The position numbers and the translations under genes are program-made. Source: a virus. Taken from it: 64,000 bases of DNA. The stretch is from positions 1 through 64,000 of the IMG/VR virus record IMGVR_UViG_3300013131_000002. The stretch is one strand, 5' to 3'. The notes below the pieces were generated by a model. The model saw nothing but the letters and a program-made list of their open reading frames with translations. It was not told where the DNA came from and searched no databases. The first letter of the stretch is position 1, and every line of letters begins with the position of its first letter. Shown piece by piece: positions 23,438-33,100 of the stretch.

Positions 23438-26256
23438 GTATCAAACAAATTGACAATGAATTTGTCGGTTCAGATACCGGTGTTGCTAAACGTATCAATC
23501 GTGGTGCAGAGAAACTGGTGTTTGACATATTGCAAGCCACACAATATTCTACCCCAATCCCTTCAACTGTCAGAGAGCTGGTAACAAATGCCTGCGATTC
23601 TCAACGAGAGAAGGAGATTGCCATAGAGATATTGACTGGGCAAAAGACTGTGGAAGATTATTACATCAATCGAGAAGGTGAGCAGTACGAAGACAGTAAC
23701 TTCGATCCTAGTTATTATAGTATAACTAATCTTGATGTAGTAAACAAACACATTGACGTTATCTACAAGCACAACCCTGGAGTTGGATATTGTGACGAGT
23801 TCATAATTAAAGACTACGGTGTTGGTATCGGAGGTAGACGTTTAGAAGGTATCCTAGAGTTAGGTTATTCAACTAAACGTAATACTTCAGAGAACTTTGG
23901 TGCTTTCGGTTTAGGGGCTAAAGTTGCATTATCTACTGGTGTAGACTTCTACACAATTGAGACTGTGTACAACGGTCAACGATTCAAAGCAAATTGCTTT
24001 AACTACAAAACAGATTTTCTCATTCCGAGATTTAATCTTAGTACAGGCCAAGAGAATCCATACATCATATTTTCTGATGGGACTAAAGTCTATTACGAGC
24101 CGACTACAGAATTGAACGGAAGTACAATTTCGTTTGGAGTTAAGAAGCATAATGCAGATCGTTTTATTGATGCAGTCAGTGAGCAATTAACTTACTTGAG
24201 TAATGTTAAATTCTCCGTGGTTGAAGAGAATGGATATCAAAGAGAGATCGACTTCAAACCTAGTGTGATTTACAACTCAAAGCATTTGATTATCACTGAG
24301 AGTAACTATTATGCACGTCCACATATCGTCATTGTTAAAGCAGAGGGAGCAGCCACTGGTATTAACTATGGTCATGTGGATTTCCGAGAGTTGGAGATGG
24401 AGCAGTTATATGGGGCAGTTGGTCTGAAGTGTCCTATACGACAAGTGTATAAGAATGAACTTGGGGAAGAAGTAGTTATTCAAGACGGAGTCGATGTTAC
24501 TCCTAGCCGTGAGAAAGTAATCTGGTCTGACCACACTAAACAGTTTGTTCAGAACTTGATTATTAAAGCAGCTGAGGAAGCAACAGAGCTTGTGCAAGAG
24601 AAGCTGAATGAAACCGACTTCTTGAAGTGGGTAGAAGCTTGTAAGAATGTAGTATTCTCAGGGAAACTTACAGAGGATCACTCTTCAAACGGTAGAGTAT
24701 TGCAGGCTATGAGTCGAATCATTGACACTAAGTCTTTAAAGCCGGTATATCCAGAGAACAAACGAATTAAGTTTGAGCACATGGGTAAAATCTTTGAAGG
24801 GTTCAATGTTAGATTGCATACCTTGAGCAATAAGCTTGAGAACGGAGAATTTAAGATAGTCTCTAATACTACTGATGTTGATACTTGGGAAAAGTTTGAC
24901 ATTGCTAAAGTGTATTACAGAAAAGAAGGATTTACCAGACTTAAAGATGCATATCTTATGAAGCAGAATGGTGGTTCTTTTATCTCAATTCGGAAGAAGT
25001 CAACTCAAGACTTAGAGGACAAGTGTGATGATCCTGCTACACGACCTGAAGATTTAGTATTGTATGAAGCACAGTTAGGGAAGATTAAGAAGAACCAAAT
25101 AGAAATCGAGAAGTATTTACAATTATCTGAAAGCTACAAATGCTATGATGATGTGATAGTTCCTGATGACTTTGAGGCTACTCTTAAAGAGGAGGAAGAA
25201 GTACTGGCTGCTACAGGAGGAGGAACACAAAAGTTAACTCCAGCTGAACTTCGTGAGTTAAACAAGCAGATTGTTGGTTACACTGTTCGTGAAGCTACTG
25301 CTAGGAATGCTGTTAACTGGGATGATTCTGTATGGGATAAGGTAGAGCCAAAGCTATCAGAACTTAGAGCAACTGAGACTATAATTTATTATGGTACAGA
25401 TGAAGACGGTGAGAAGCTTAAGCTAGCTGCTGAAATCTTAAAGATGTTTGCCCCTAGAATCTGTGACATCTATCCTGGAGCTACTTATACTCCCCCTTAT
25501 TCTAATAGTAGAAGTGATGCTATGCATTTCTATATGTGTCATCCTACTAGATTTATGAATGGTAGAGGAGAGTTAAATGAGTATTCTATGGGAAGTGTAG
25601 TAAAGAGAGAGACTAAAAGTCCACAGTTGATTAAGCTTAGTGAAGCTAATGTCAAGCAAGTTAAGAACGTAGAAAATATCAAGCATATTGACGAGTTCTT
25701 CTATGCTGTGGATGAGGATGACAATCTTACTTGCAGCTTCTATCTGAGAGCATATTATGCTGCTCATGTAATGGATGTAGATAGAGTTCTACCTTTCTTT
25801 GAGAACTTACAATCTATCAATCCTTTATTTGGAAAGATGTATGAATCTCTTGATGGTGTAGCAGGCAAGCTATCTTACAAGTTGAAAGGTAAAAGCCATC
25901 CAGTAATTGATGAGGTTTTTACGAGACTGAATAAGATGGCTGCACTAGAGTATGTAAGCATGACCTCACCTGATGACAAGCAAGCAATTGCTAAAGCAGC
26001 AGGGGATTTGTTTATGCTATCTGATATTCCAGGTGCTAAGATTCGTCTTCCAGGATTTGAAGCAATCTTATCTTTCTACAAAGACTTCACAGATACTTCT
26101 AAACATATCTTATCTCAGATATCTAATTATAAGTATGAAGAAGAGGATACTAAACGTGAGATTCAGCTGTATCTTAAAGCAAAAGGGTTACTCGAAATGA
26201 CCATTCCTGTTGAAGAATTAAATGAGTTCGAGTCATTTATTTCATTAAATTTGTAA
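23434..26256 (+). CDS. rIIA: rIIA-like protein with N-terminal GHKL ATPase
   Basis: YSTPIPSTVRELVTNACDS, IKDYGVGI, YSTKR, GAFGLGAK, DVTPSRE. Confidence 0.85.
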   Translation: MSIKQIDNEFVGSDTGVAKRINRGAEKLVFDILQATQYSTPIPSTVRELVTNACDSQREKEIAIEILTGQKTVEDYYINREGEQYEDSNFDPSYYSITNLDVVNKHIDVIYKHNPGVGYCDEFIIKDYGVGIGGRRLEGILELGYSTKRNTSENFGAFGLGAKVALSTGVDFYTIETVYNGQRFKANCFNYKTDFLIPRFNLSTGQENPYIIFSDGTKVYYEPTTELNGSTISFGVKKHNADRFIDAVSEQLTYLSNVKFSVVEENGYQREIDFKPSVIYNSKHLIITESNYYARPHIVIVKAEGAATGINYGHVDFRELEMEQLYGAVGLKCPIRQVYKNELGEEVVIQDGVDVTPSREKVIWSDHTKQFVQNLIIKAAEEATELVQEKLNETDFLKWVEACKNVVFSGKLTEDHSSNGRVLQAMSRIIDTKSLKPVYPENKRIKFEHMGKIFEGFNVRLHTLSNKLENGEFKIVSNTTDVDTWEKFDIAKVYYRKEGFTRLKDAYLMKQNGGSFISIRKKSTQDLEDKCDDPATRPEDLVLYEAQLGKIKKNQIEIEKYLQLSESYKCYDDVIVPDDFEATLKEEEEVLAATGGGTQKLTPAELRELNKQIVGYTVREATARNAVNWDDSVWDKVEPKLSELRATETIIYYGTDEDGEKLKLAAEILKMFAPRICDIYPGATYTPPYSNSRSDAMHFYMCHPTRFMNGRGELNEYSMGSVVKRETKSPQLIKLSEANVKQVKNVENIKHIDEFFYAVDEDDNLTCSFYLRAYYAAHVMDVDRVLPFFENLQSINPLFGKMYESLDGVAGKLSYKLKGKSHPVIDEVFTRLNKMAALEYVSMTSPDDKQAIAKAAGDLFMLSDIPGAKIRLPGFEAILSFYKDFTDTSKHILSQISNYKYEEEDTKREIQLYLKAKGLLEMTIPVEELNEFESFISLNL
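26246..26253 (+). promoter_or_regulatory. -7 element TAAATTTG upstream of rIIB
   Basis: TAnnTTTG match 27 nt before the start. Confidence 0.5.
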
Positions 26257-26279
26257 TACAAATAATAACAAAATCTTTT

Positions 26280-27449
26280 ATGATTAGTTTAAATGTAATC
26301 GATGGAAACATCGTCGGATCTTACGGGGAGAAGTCATTCTCTGTAACGTACACTGAAGAGTTGTACAATAAAATGCAAGAGTTAGCTAAAAAAGCTGATC
26401 GTGTAGAAACAATGGATGAGCTTCGTGCCATCTTGGATACATTCGAAGGATTAGCTGTAGAAGACTATACTCAAGTTATCGAAGATAAATGTGAGTTTAT
26501 CTATGTGAACAAAGCAACCGGGGAATTCTTCTTGAAGACTGGTGATGTAGTTTCTAACATTCCAATGCCAGCAGCACTTGTAGAGAGAATCTATGAGTCT
26601 ATGGATATGGGGTTAGACTTCATGCCACTTGTTAAGATGTGGACTCGTTGGCTTCGTAACCCAATTCTTTGGAAGAAGATGCACAAAGGTACTGGAGTTG
26701 AATTCTCTACAAGATTCTTCAACTTCATTAACTTGAAGTATGTTCATCCTGTTCTTTACAAAGAGCTTACCGAGGAGAAAGGTTTTAGCCATGACGTAGC
26801 TGAGAAGAAAGCTACTATGTATCAAATGAAGATCACCAAGGAAGGTTTGTTGAATGGTTACAAAGTATCATCAGAAGTATTGCACAAGTTTGATGCAGAA
26901 ACTGGAGAAGTAGTAGACCGTTACAAACGTACATTCAATGTAGACACTGGTGAAATTGAGTCAGAAGGCTTACCAGAGTTTGTTGAGGATCGTTTGTTCC
27001 AACCTGCTATCATGGGTGATGGCGGAGATGCATTCTATTGTGAAGGTCCTACTGGCTATGAAAAGCCTGGGCATTTCATCAAAGTAGGATGTACTCATCG
27101 TCTTGCATCTTGGGATCAAGTTGATACTAACGACCGTCATTCTTGTGTACCTGGTTTACACTTCGGAGGTCTTGAGTATATCCACCGTATCTCAGGGGAA
27201 ATTCACAATATCTTTGTAGACCCGATGCATATCGGAGCTGTTCCAGATGATTCAACTGGTGCTATTCGTTGTATTCAGTATTTTGTGCATTCAAGTTTGG
27301 CAGGTGTAAATGGTTCTATTTATCACTCTTCAACTTATGCAGCTAAAACTGATGATGAATGGGCAACAGCTCGTAGAGAAGCAGTAGAGAAATCTTCATC
27401 TACTATTGAAGAAATAAAGGCAAAGATTGCTAGAATAAATAACATTTAA
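26280..27449 (+). CDS. rIIB: rIIB-like protein
   Basis: Follows rIIA; WLRNP, ITKEGLLNGYK, CVPGLHFG, VDPMHIGAVP, IRC..Y. Confidence 0.8.
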   Translation: MISLNVIDGNIVGSYGEKSFSVTYTEELYNKMQELAKKADRVETMDELRAILDTFEGLAVEDYTQVIEDKCEFIYVNKATGEFFLKTGDVVSNIPMPAALVERIYESMDMGLDFMPLVKMWTRWLRNPILWKKMHKGTGVEFSTRFFNFINLKYVHPVLYKELTEEKGFSHDVAEKKATMYQMKITKEGLLNGYKVSSEVLHKFDAETGEVVDRYKRTFNVDTGEIESEGLPEFVEDRLFQPAIMGDGGDAFYCEGPTGYEKPGHFIKVGCTHRLASWDQVDTNDRHSCVPGLHFGGLEYIHRISGEIHNIFVDPMHIGAVPDDSTGAIRCIQYFVHSSLAGVNGSIYHSSTYAAKTDDEWATARREAVEKSSSTIEEIKAKIARINNI

Positions 27450-27459
27450 ATTGAGCTAG

Positions 27460-28233
27460 ATGGAAGATACATTAGACCAGAGTGTAGGAAATGTGGAACC
27501 GATATGTCTAATTGATGGAGATAGCTTAATTTATTATGAGATGGACAAGCCAACCCTGGAGGAAGCCTTACAAGGGCTAGACTCCAGGATCTTGACCATT
27601 CTTGAACAATGCAAGACCCCTACATATGTTGGATTTCTTACAGATCATAATTGCTTTCGTTATCAAGTTAGCAAGGATTATAAAGCTAATAGAAAACATA
27701 GACCTAAGACTGTCATTTTCCCTGCCCTTCGAGAATACCTCAAACAAAAATGGGGATTCTACGGAGTAGAGGGATTGGAGGCTGACGATCTTGTAAGTTA
27801 TTATGCTAAGAATGAAGCACGGAAAACTATTATCTGCTCACCAGATAAGGACGTTCTTTATCAATGCCCAGGCATGCACTTTAATTATCGTACTCTTGAG
27901 TTCCTGCATACGTCACCAGACGATGCATATCAGTTCTTGTGGAAACAAGTATTGATGGGAGATAGTACAGATAACATCACAGGCATTCCAGGTGTTGGAG
28001 TAAAGACGGCAGAGAATTGGTTGATGGGGAGAACTAATGATGTTGAAGCATTTGTTTTGAAGAAGTATATCGAGAAGTTTGGAAGTACAGAAGGCATTAT
28101 GCAGTTCTATACTAACTTTAAACTTGTATATTTACTTCAAAGTCCTGAGGATATTCTCAGAGAGCTTCAAAATAATTTAGAACCCTTAAAACCGATTACT
28201 TATTATGAGCCAGCAGATAGTGACGGATGGTAA
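27460..28233 (+). CDS. 5'-3' exonuclease (FEN/T5-like)
   Basis: LIDGDSL, YKANR, LEADDL, SPDKD, MGDSTDNITGIPGVG. Confidence 0.92.
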   Translation: MEDTLDQSVGNVEPICLIDGDSLIYYEMDKPTLEEALQGLDSRILTILEQCKTPTYVGFLTDHNCFRYQVSKDYKANRKHRPKTVIFPALREYLKQKWGFYGVEGLEADDLVSYYAKNEARKTIICSPDKDVLYQCPGMHFNYRTLEFLHTSPDDAYQFLWKQVLMGDSTDNITGIPGVGVKTAENWLMGRTNDVEAFVLKKYIEKFGSTEGIMQFYTNFKLVYLLQSPEDILRELQNNLEPLKPITYYEPADSDGW

Positions 28234-29014
28234 GATAATTTATACCCCCGTGAATGGAAGAACCATTCGTATGACAGGAAGTGTTGCAGACTATTCTAGA
28301 GTTTATGATGAAGATGGTAAGACGATTCTCTCATTAGTTAATGGGAAAGTTCGTCATGATGTAGGTAAGATTGTTAGAAATCGTACTAAGACTCCTTATA
28401 GAGTTAACTACATTACACCACTTTATAATGCTGTAAATCTTTTAGCTGGATATGATCTATCAGTTGCAAGAGCAACTAAATCTACAATTTTTCTATGCCC
28501 AATGCTTGGAGGAAAGAGGGAGTTGTTTTATTGGGAGAAGCTTTTAGTTAATGCATTTGTTGCCATTCCTAATGAGACTGGGATAATTGCATTGCTCTAT
28601 CGTTTTTCAGGGGATCCTACGTTCATTAAATTTGAACAGGCCTTGTCAAACTTTAGAACCTTTAAGTATAGAATAGATACCGATCCTTATCACGTTATGT
28701 TTGTATTTAGTGTACCAGATTATGCAGAGACGGCATACAATCATTTCGTGAATGGTAGGTATTCAGAGATAGATGATATCATGAAACTTAAGATTTTGGA
28801 TTATCATGGATTTAATATGGATGGGTCAACAGCTAAAATCCTATTCAAGTCTCCTTCGTTGAAGAAGGATCTTGAGGAACAATTAGACGTAATGATACCA
28901 GATGAGAATGAGTTACATTCTCCACCAAATTTAATCGAAGAAACATTTGATCCAGAACAATACTATACAGGGAAAGTAAAATTAGATAACGTAAATTTTT
29001 TAACGAATGAGTAA
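28205..29014 (+). CDS. Conserved crAss-like hypothetical protein
   Basis: 269 aa; VMFVFSVP...F.NGRYSEI. Confidence 0.7.
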   Translation: MSQQIVTDGKIIYTPVNGRTIRMTGSVADYSRVYDEDGKTILSLVNGKVRHDVGKIVRNRTKTPYRVNYITPLYNAVNLLAGYDLSVARATKSTIFLCPMLGGKRELFYWEKLLVNAFVAIPNETGIIALLYRFSGDPTFIKFEQALSNFRTFKYRIDTDPYHVMFVFSVPDYAETAYNHFVNGRYSEIDDIMKLKILDYHGFNMDGSTAKILFKSPSLKKDLEEQLDVMIPDENELHSPPNLIEETFDPEQYYTGKVKLDNVNFLTNE

Positions 29015-29762
29015 ACTGCTTGAACAGCTTGGGGATTGGGGGCCTATTCATCAATCGATAGTAGGTAACCACCCTGGGCTGTACAATCAGCTCGTAGAAT
29101 TTATTCAACATCACAGAGATAATTATACTGTTTACCCAGATAAGCATGAGGTATTCAGAGCATTCGAGCTGTGTCAGATGAAAGATTTACGAGTTGTTAT
29201 TATCGGCCAGGACCCGTACCACAATGGTGCTGCTACTGGCTTAGCCTTTGGGGTCAAAGAGGGAATGAAAATCAATCCAAGTCTACGAGTGATACAGAGA
29301 GAAATCTGTAGGTCTCATGGAATAGACGAATCAGAAGCTAAAAATACTGAGTTTGATTATTCATTGTCGCACCTGGCCAAGCAAGGGGTATTGCTACTGA
29401 ACACTACTTTAACTGTTACTAAGGGTAAACCAAATTCACACGAGATGGTGTGGGGCTGGTACACCAAAGAAATGGTTAGAGCAATATGTGAGAATCTAGA
29501 TGGAGTTGTTTTCTTACTTTGGGGTAAGTTTGCACAACATGCATTTGGAGGGATTGTTAAAGAAGTAAACAACATCCATGATAAATCACATATTATCTTT
29601 GCAGCAAGTCATCCGGCTGCTGAGGTATACGGAGGTAATGCTAGATTCATTGGATGTAATCACTTCATTAAAGTTAATGATGTAATTGCAGAGCCAATCG
29701 ACTGGTTTAAATTACCACAGAAGGAGACAACAGAAATAGATAACCAAATCAATTTACTATGA
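29007..29762 (+). CDS. ung: Uracil-DNA glycosylase family 1
   Basis: VVIIGQDPYH, GLAF, QGVLLLNTTLTV, FLLWG, SHPAA. Confidence 0.93.
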   Translation: MSKLLEQLGDWGPIHQSIVGNHPGLYNQLVEFIQHHRDNYTVYPDKHEVFRAFELCQMKDLRVVIIGQDPYHNGAATGLAFGVKEGMKINPSLRVIQREICRSHGIDESEAKNTEFDYSLSHLAKQGVLLLNTTLTVTKGKPNSHEMVWGWYTKEMVRAICENLDGVVFLLWGKFAQHAFGGIVKEVNNIHDKSHIIFAASHPAAEVYGGNARFIGCNHFIKVNDVIAEPIDWFKLPQKETTEIDNQINLL

Positions 29763-30151
29763 ACGATAGAGAACAGCAAATTGCAGATGTTTGTAACAAA
29801 ATCAAATCACTTTTGTTACTAAAGAACAAAGCCTATGGAGATTCAGCACTAACACCACTACGAGTATTTTCTAAAGGGGATACAGTAGATGGGTTACTTG
29901 TACGAATCGATGATAAGTTATCTCGTATTAAGAATGCAGGTTTTAGATCTGCTTCTGAAGATACTCTTATGGATTTGATTGGATACCTTGTTCTTCTAAA
30001 AGTTCAAATAGCTGAGAAAGATGCAGCTTATAGCAAAGCATATTCTAAAGTTCTTGGGATTGATCAACTTGGATTACCGAAGATGGAATCTAATGGAACT
30101 GTTGATATGGATAAGATTCGTTATACTAACGATCCTGCATCAGGGTATTAA
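29759..30151 (+). CDS. Nucleotide-modification-associated domain 1 (Nmad1/DUF1599)-like protein
   Basis: KNKAYGDS...VRIDDKLSRI...EDTLMDLIGYLVL. Confidence 0.8.
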   Translation: MNDREQQIADVCNKIKSLLLLKNKAYGDSALTPLRVFSKGDTVDGLLVRIDDKLSRIKNAGFRSASEDTLMDLIGYLVLLKVQIAEKDAAYSKAYSKVLGIDQLGLPKMESNGTVDMDKIRYTNDPASGY

Positions 30152-30181
30152 AAAAGAAAGGGCCTCATGGCCCTTTTTTTT
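30150..30181. terminator. Bidirectional terminator between convergent modules
   Basis: A-run AAAGGGCC-TCAT-GGCCCTTT T-run. Confidence 0.88.
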
Positions 30182-30194
30182 ATTCTGCTTTAGC

Positions 30195-33100
30195 TTATTT
30201 GTTATAAAATTCTGAAGCTTCTTTTGGATTGAAAGTTTTGTCTACTCCAACATAGAATGGTATATTATCGTAGGCTTGTTTTTTAATCTTTCTATCTCCT
30301 TTTTTCATTCCTGATTCTGCTCTTTGGTAGAATATCTTTTTCTTGTCTACTTCAAATCCTAAAGTATATGGAAGATCATAGAACAAAGCTTGCTCTGCTA
30401 ATCCAAACATTGACTCAACCATATTTACAGTGGCTGTAGGAGATTGGATGATTCTCAAAAAGTCTTTGTAGTTATAGAATTGTTGAAGCTCAGCATTCAT
30501 ACGAATAGCTTGGTATCCAAAGAATTGTGATACTTTATCGTCTTTATCATCATCTCCCATTAACATTCCTGCTGCAACACTAGTAGTAATTACCCAAGCT
30601 GCTTGAGACAATGTACGTTTAATATCTGCTTGTTCCCATTCTGTATGCTTACCATATACTCCACGATACTTAAGTCCTGCTTTTGTTGCTTGAACCATAT
30701 AATTCATGAAGACTTTGTACATACCATTAGCAAGTACCCCAGATTCGGTATCAACATGAACTCCACGATTAGATCCATATCCCCAATGTTTACGTAAACC
30801 TGGAGAAAAGAATCGACGGAACAAGTTTAAAAGTTTACCCCACCATCTTCTTTCAGCTAATGCTCTATCTACATCTCCTTTAACTTGGTTTGTTTTTTTC
30901 ATCAAACCACTAAGCTTATTAACAAAATCCATCTGAGTTAAGTTAGCTACTCTTGGATCTAATTCTAAATTACCATTTGCTTTTTCTATCAATAGGTCAT
31001 AGAGATTTGCATCTGTACCATCTGCATTTTTAATTACATCTCCATTTTTATCTTTAAGCTTTCCCTTATAACTATCCATCAATGCAAGCATACGAACTAT
31101 TACAGCTTCGTGCTCTGCCATAGTTTGTAAAATACTCCCAACTCCTCCAACTAGAGATTTTCTTAATCTGCTACCTGTGATATTAGATACTTGATCCATG
31201 CCTAGCTGATCTGTATAAGCATCTGACCAGAGAGCAGATTTAATAAGTTTTGATTTTGGGGCAAATGCTCCCCAATCAGATATACCTGCGGCTCCAGTTA
31301 TAAACTTTGCTAATGCCCATGCATGGTTTGTCTTATTAAAGTACTGACCTACAATTCCTTCTTCAATTAATTTCTGGTTATCTAAGAACAATTGATTAGT
31401 AGCTTGAAGACCATTAAATGATAGAGCTTTTAGTGCTGTGAATCTTGTAACTGCAGAAGTAATTTTACTTGCACTTATTGACTTTCCTGCTATACCTACA
31501 GTATTTAATATATCTTTTCTTCCAAAGAATACTGATTCAATAAACTCCTCTACCATTTGGGATGTGTTACTTGTAATCCCTTCTCTTGTTTCATATTCTA
31601 TATACCCATTTCTTCTAGCATATTGATTTACAAGTGGAACATAAGCTAAAGCTCCTTCTACCAAAACTTTTCTATTTCTTATCAAATCTCTCATCAATAT
31701 AACTGATGATTGAATTTTACTTTTAGATTCAAAATCATTAGCCATTTTAACAAAGTGCATTATGGCCCCAGTTAAATCTCTTGTAACTAATGCTTCTGAC
31801 ATAACAGAAGTAAAGAATATTGGAACGATTTGCTGTCTAGCTTGAGCAGCAGTTAACTCTCCATATTCTGTATCTCCTTCAGTAATCATGAATCCTTCTC
31901 TTAGCATCTCTCTACTAGTAGCTAAGAATCCATTATTCTGCATTTGTCCTAGAGTATCAGCTTTAACTGTTGGAACCATATATGTATATGTATCCCAAGT
32001 ATTTTTAACTTGTTTAGTCTCTCCGATTTTGTCTGAGTGTTTATTATAAATATCTAGTAGTTTGTACATATATTTATAATCTTCAGTCTGTGTATTCTTA
32101 AGAGCTGTATATTTTGGATTTAAGTATGAATCATTAGGCATAACAGCATCTCCACGGAAACTATTTGAATAACTGTTGTAGATATAATTAATATCTGATT
32201 CAATCTGTTCCATCTCTACTAAAGCTAAAGCTGCTCTATCTACATCTATATCTCTATATTTATAGTATTCTTTCTCTACAGCTCTATATTCTTTTTCAAG
32301 ATCTAACTTTCTTTGCATGGCATTTGGAGAAGTCTTACTATTCTTAGCATGCCAGTCATCTATCATTCTGTAGTATCCCTTACGAAGTTCTACAAACTTT
32401 GGTTCTTTTGATTTTTTCCATTCATCATAGGCATCTCTATCCCCAATGTTCGGCTTTTTGAATTTCTTCTCAGCTTCATCGAGCATGTTATAAAAAGTTT
32501 TCCAATATCTTGTAACATCATAAGGTTGAACAAATCCTAAAACTTTAATTTCCTTTCTAATGTTATTACCTTTATTGTCTTGTTCTACAACAAAATGGCT
32601 AATAACCTCATACATATTAGCATAAGCTTGTGTAGGATTAAAGCCACTTTTACGAGCCATGAAGTTTTCATAATCTTTTGATAGACTATATTGAACATCT
32701 CTAGTTTTTTCTGCTGCTTCTAATAATGAAGCTTTTACTTCTGTTACGAATAATTGTATAGCTGTTTGAGAAGAATTGATTACTGGATCCATAAGTACAC
32801 TGTACTTAGTCTTATCCATCTGAGCATTTACAAGTTCATCAATAAGAGATTGAAGTCCTATCTTTTTTCCACGAATCTGCTTTACAAGTTCTTCAATTAA
32901 TAATTTATCTCTAGTAGGTTTATCTATAAGATCTTTCTTATAATCATCTCTAATTTTTAAAGTTGCTTCTGTTTCAATAAGCAAATTCTTTCTCATCACC
33001 CCATCCTTCTCTATACTTTGAGCTAAAGCTTCTAGCTCATCATTTAATCCTGTATTTTTATGATAGCCAAGGATTAGAGAAGCATGTAAAGGGGCACCTA

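Noticed and set aside
26880-26965. Repeated D-x-x-TGE motif in rIIB, also at the end of 10899-11498
   Set aside because: A very common beta-hairpin turn motif; no specific inference supportable
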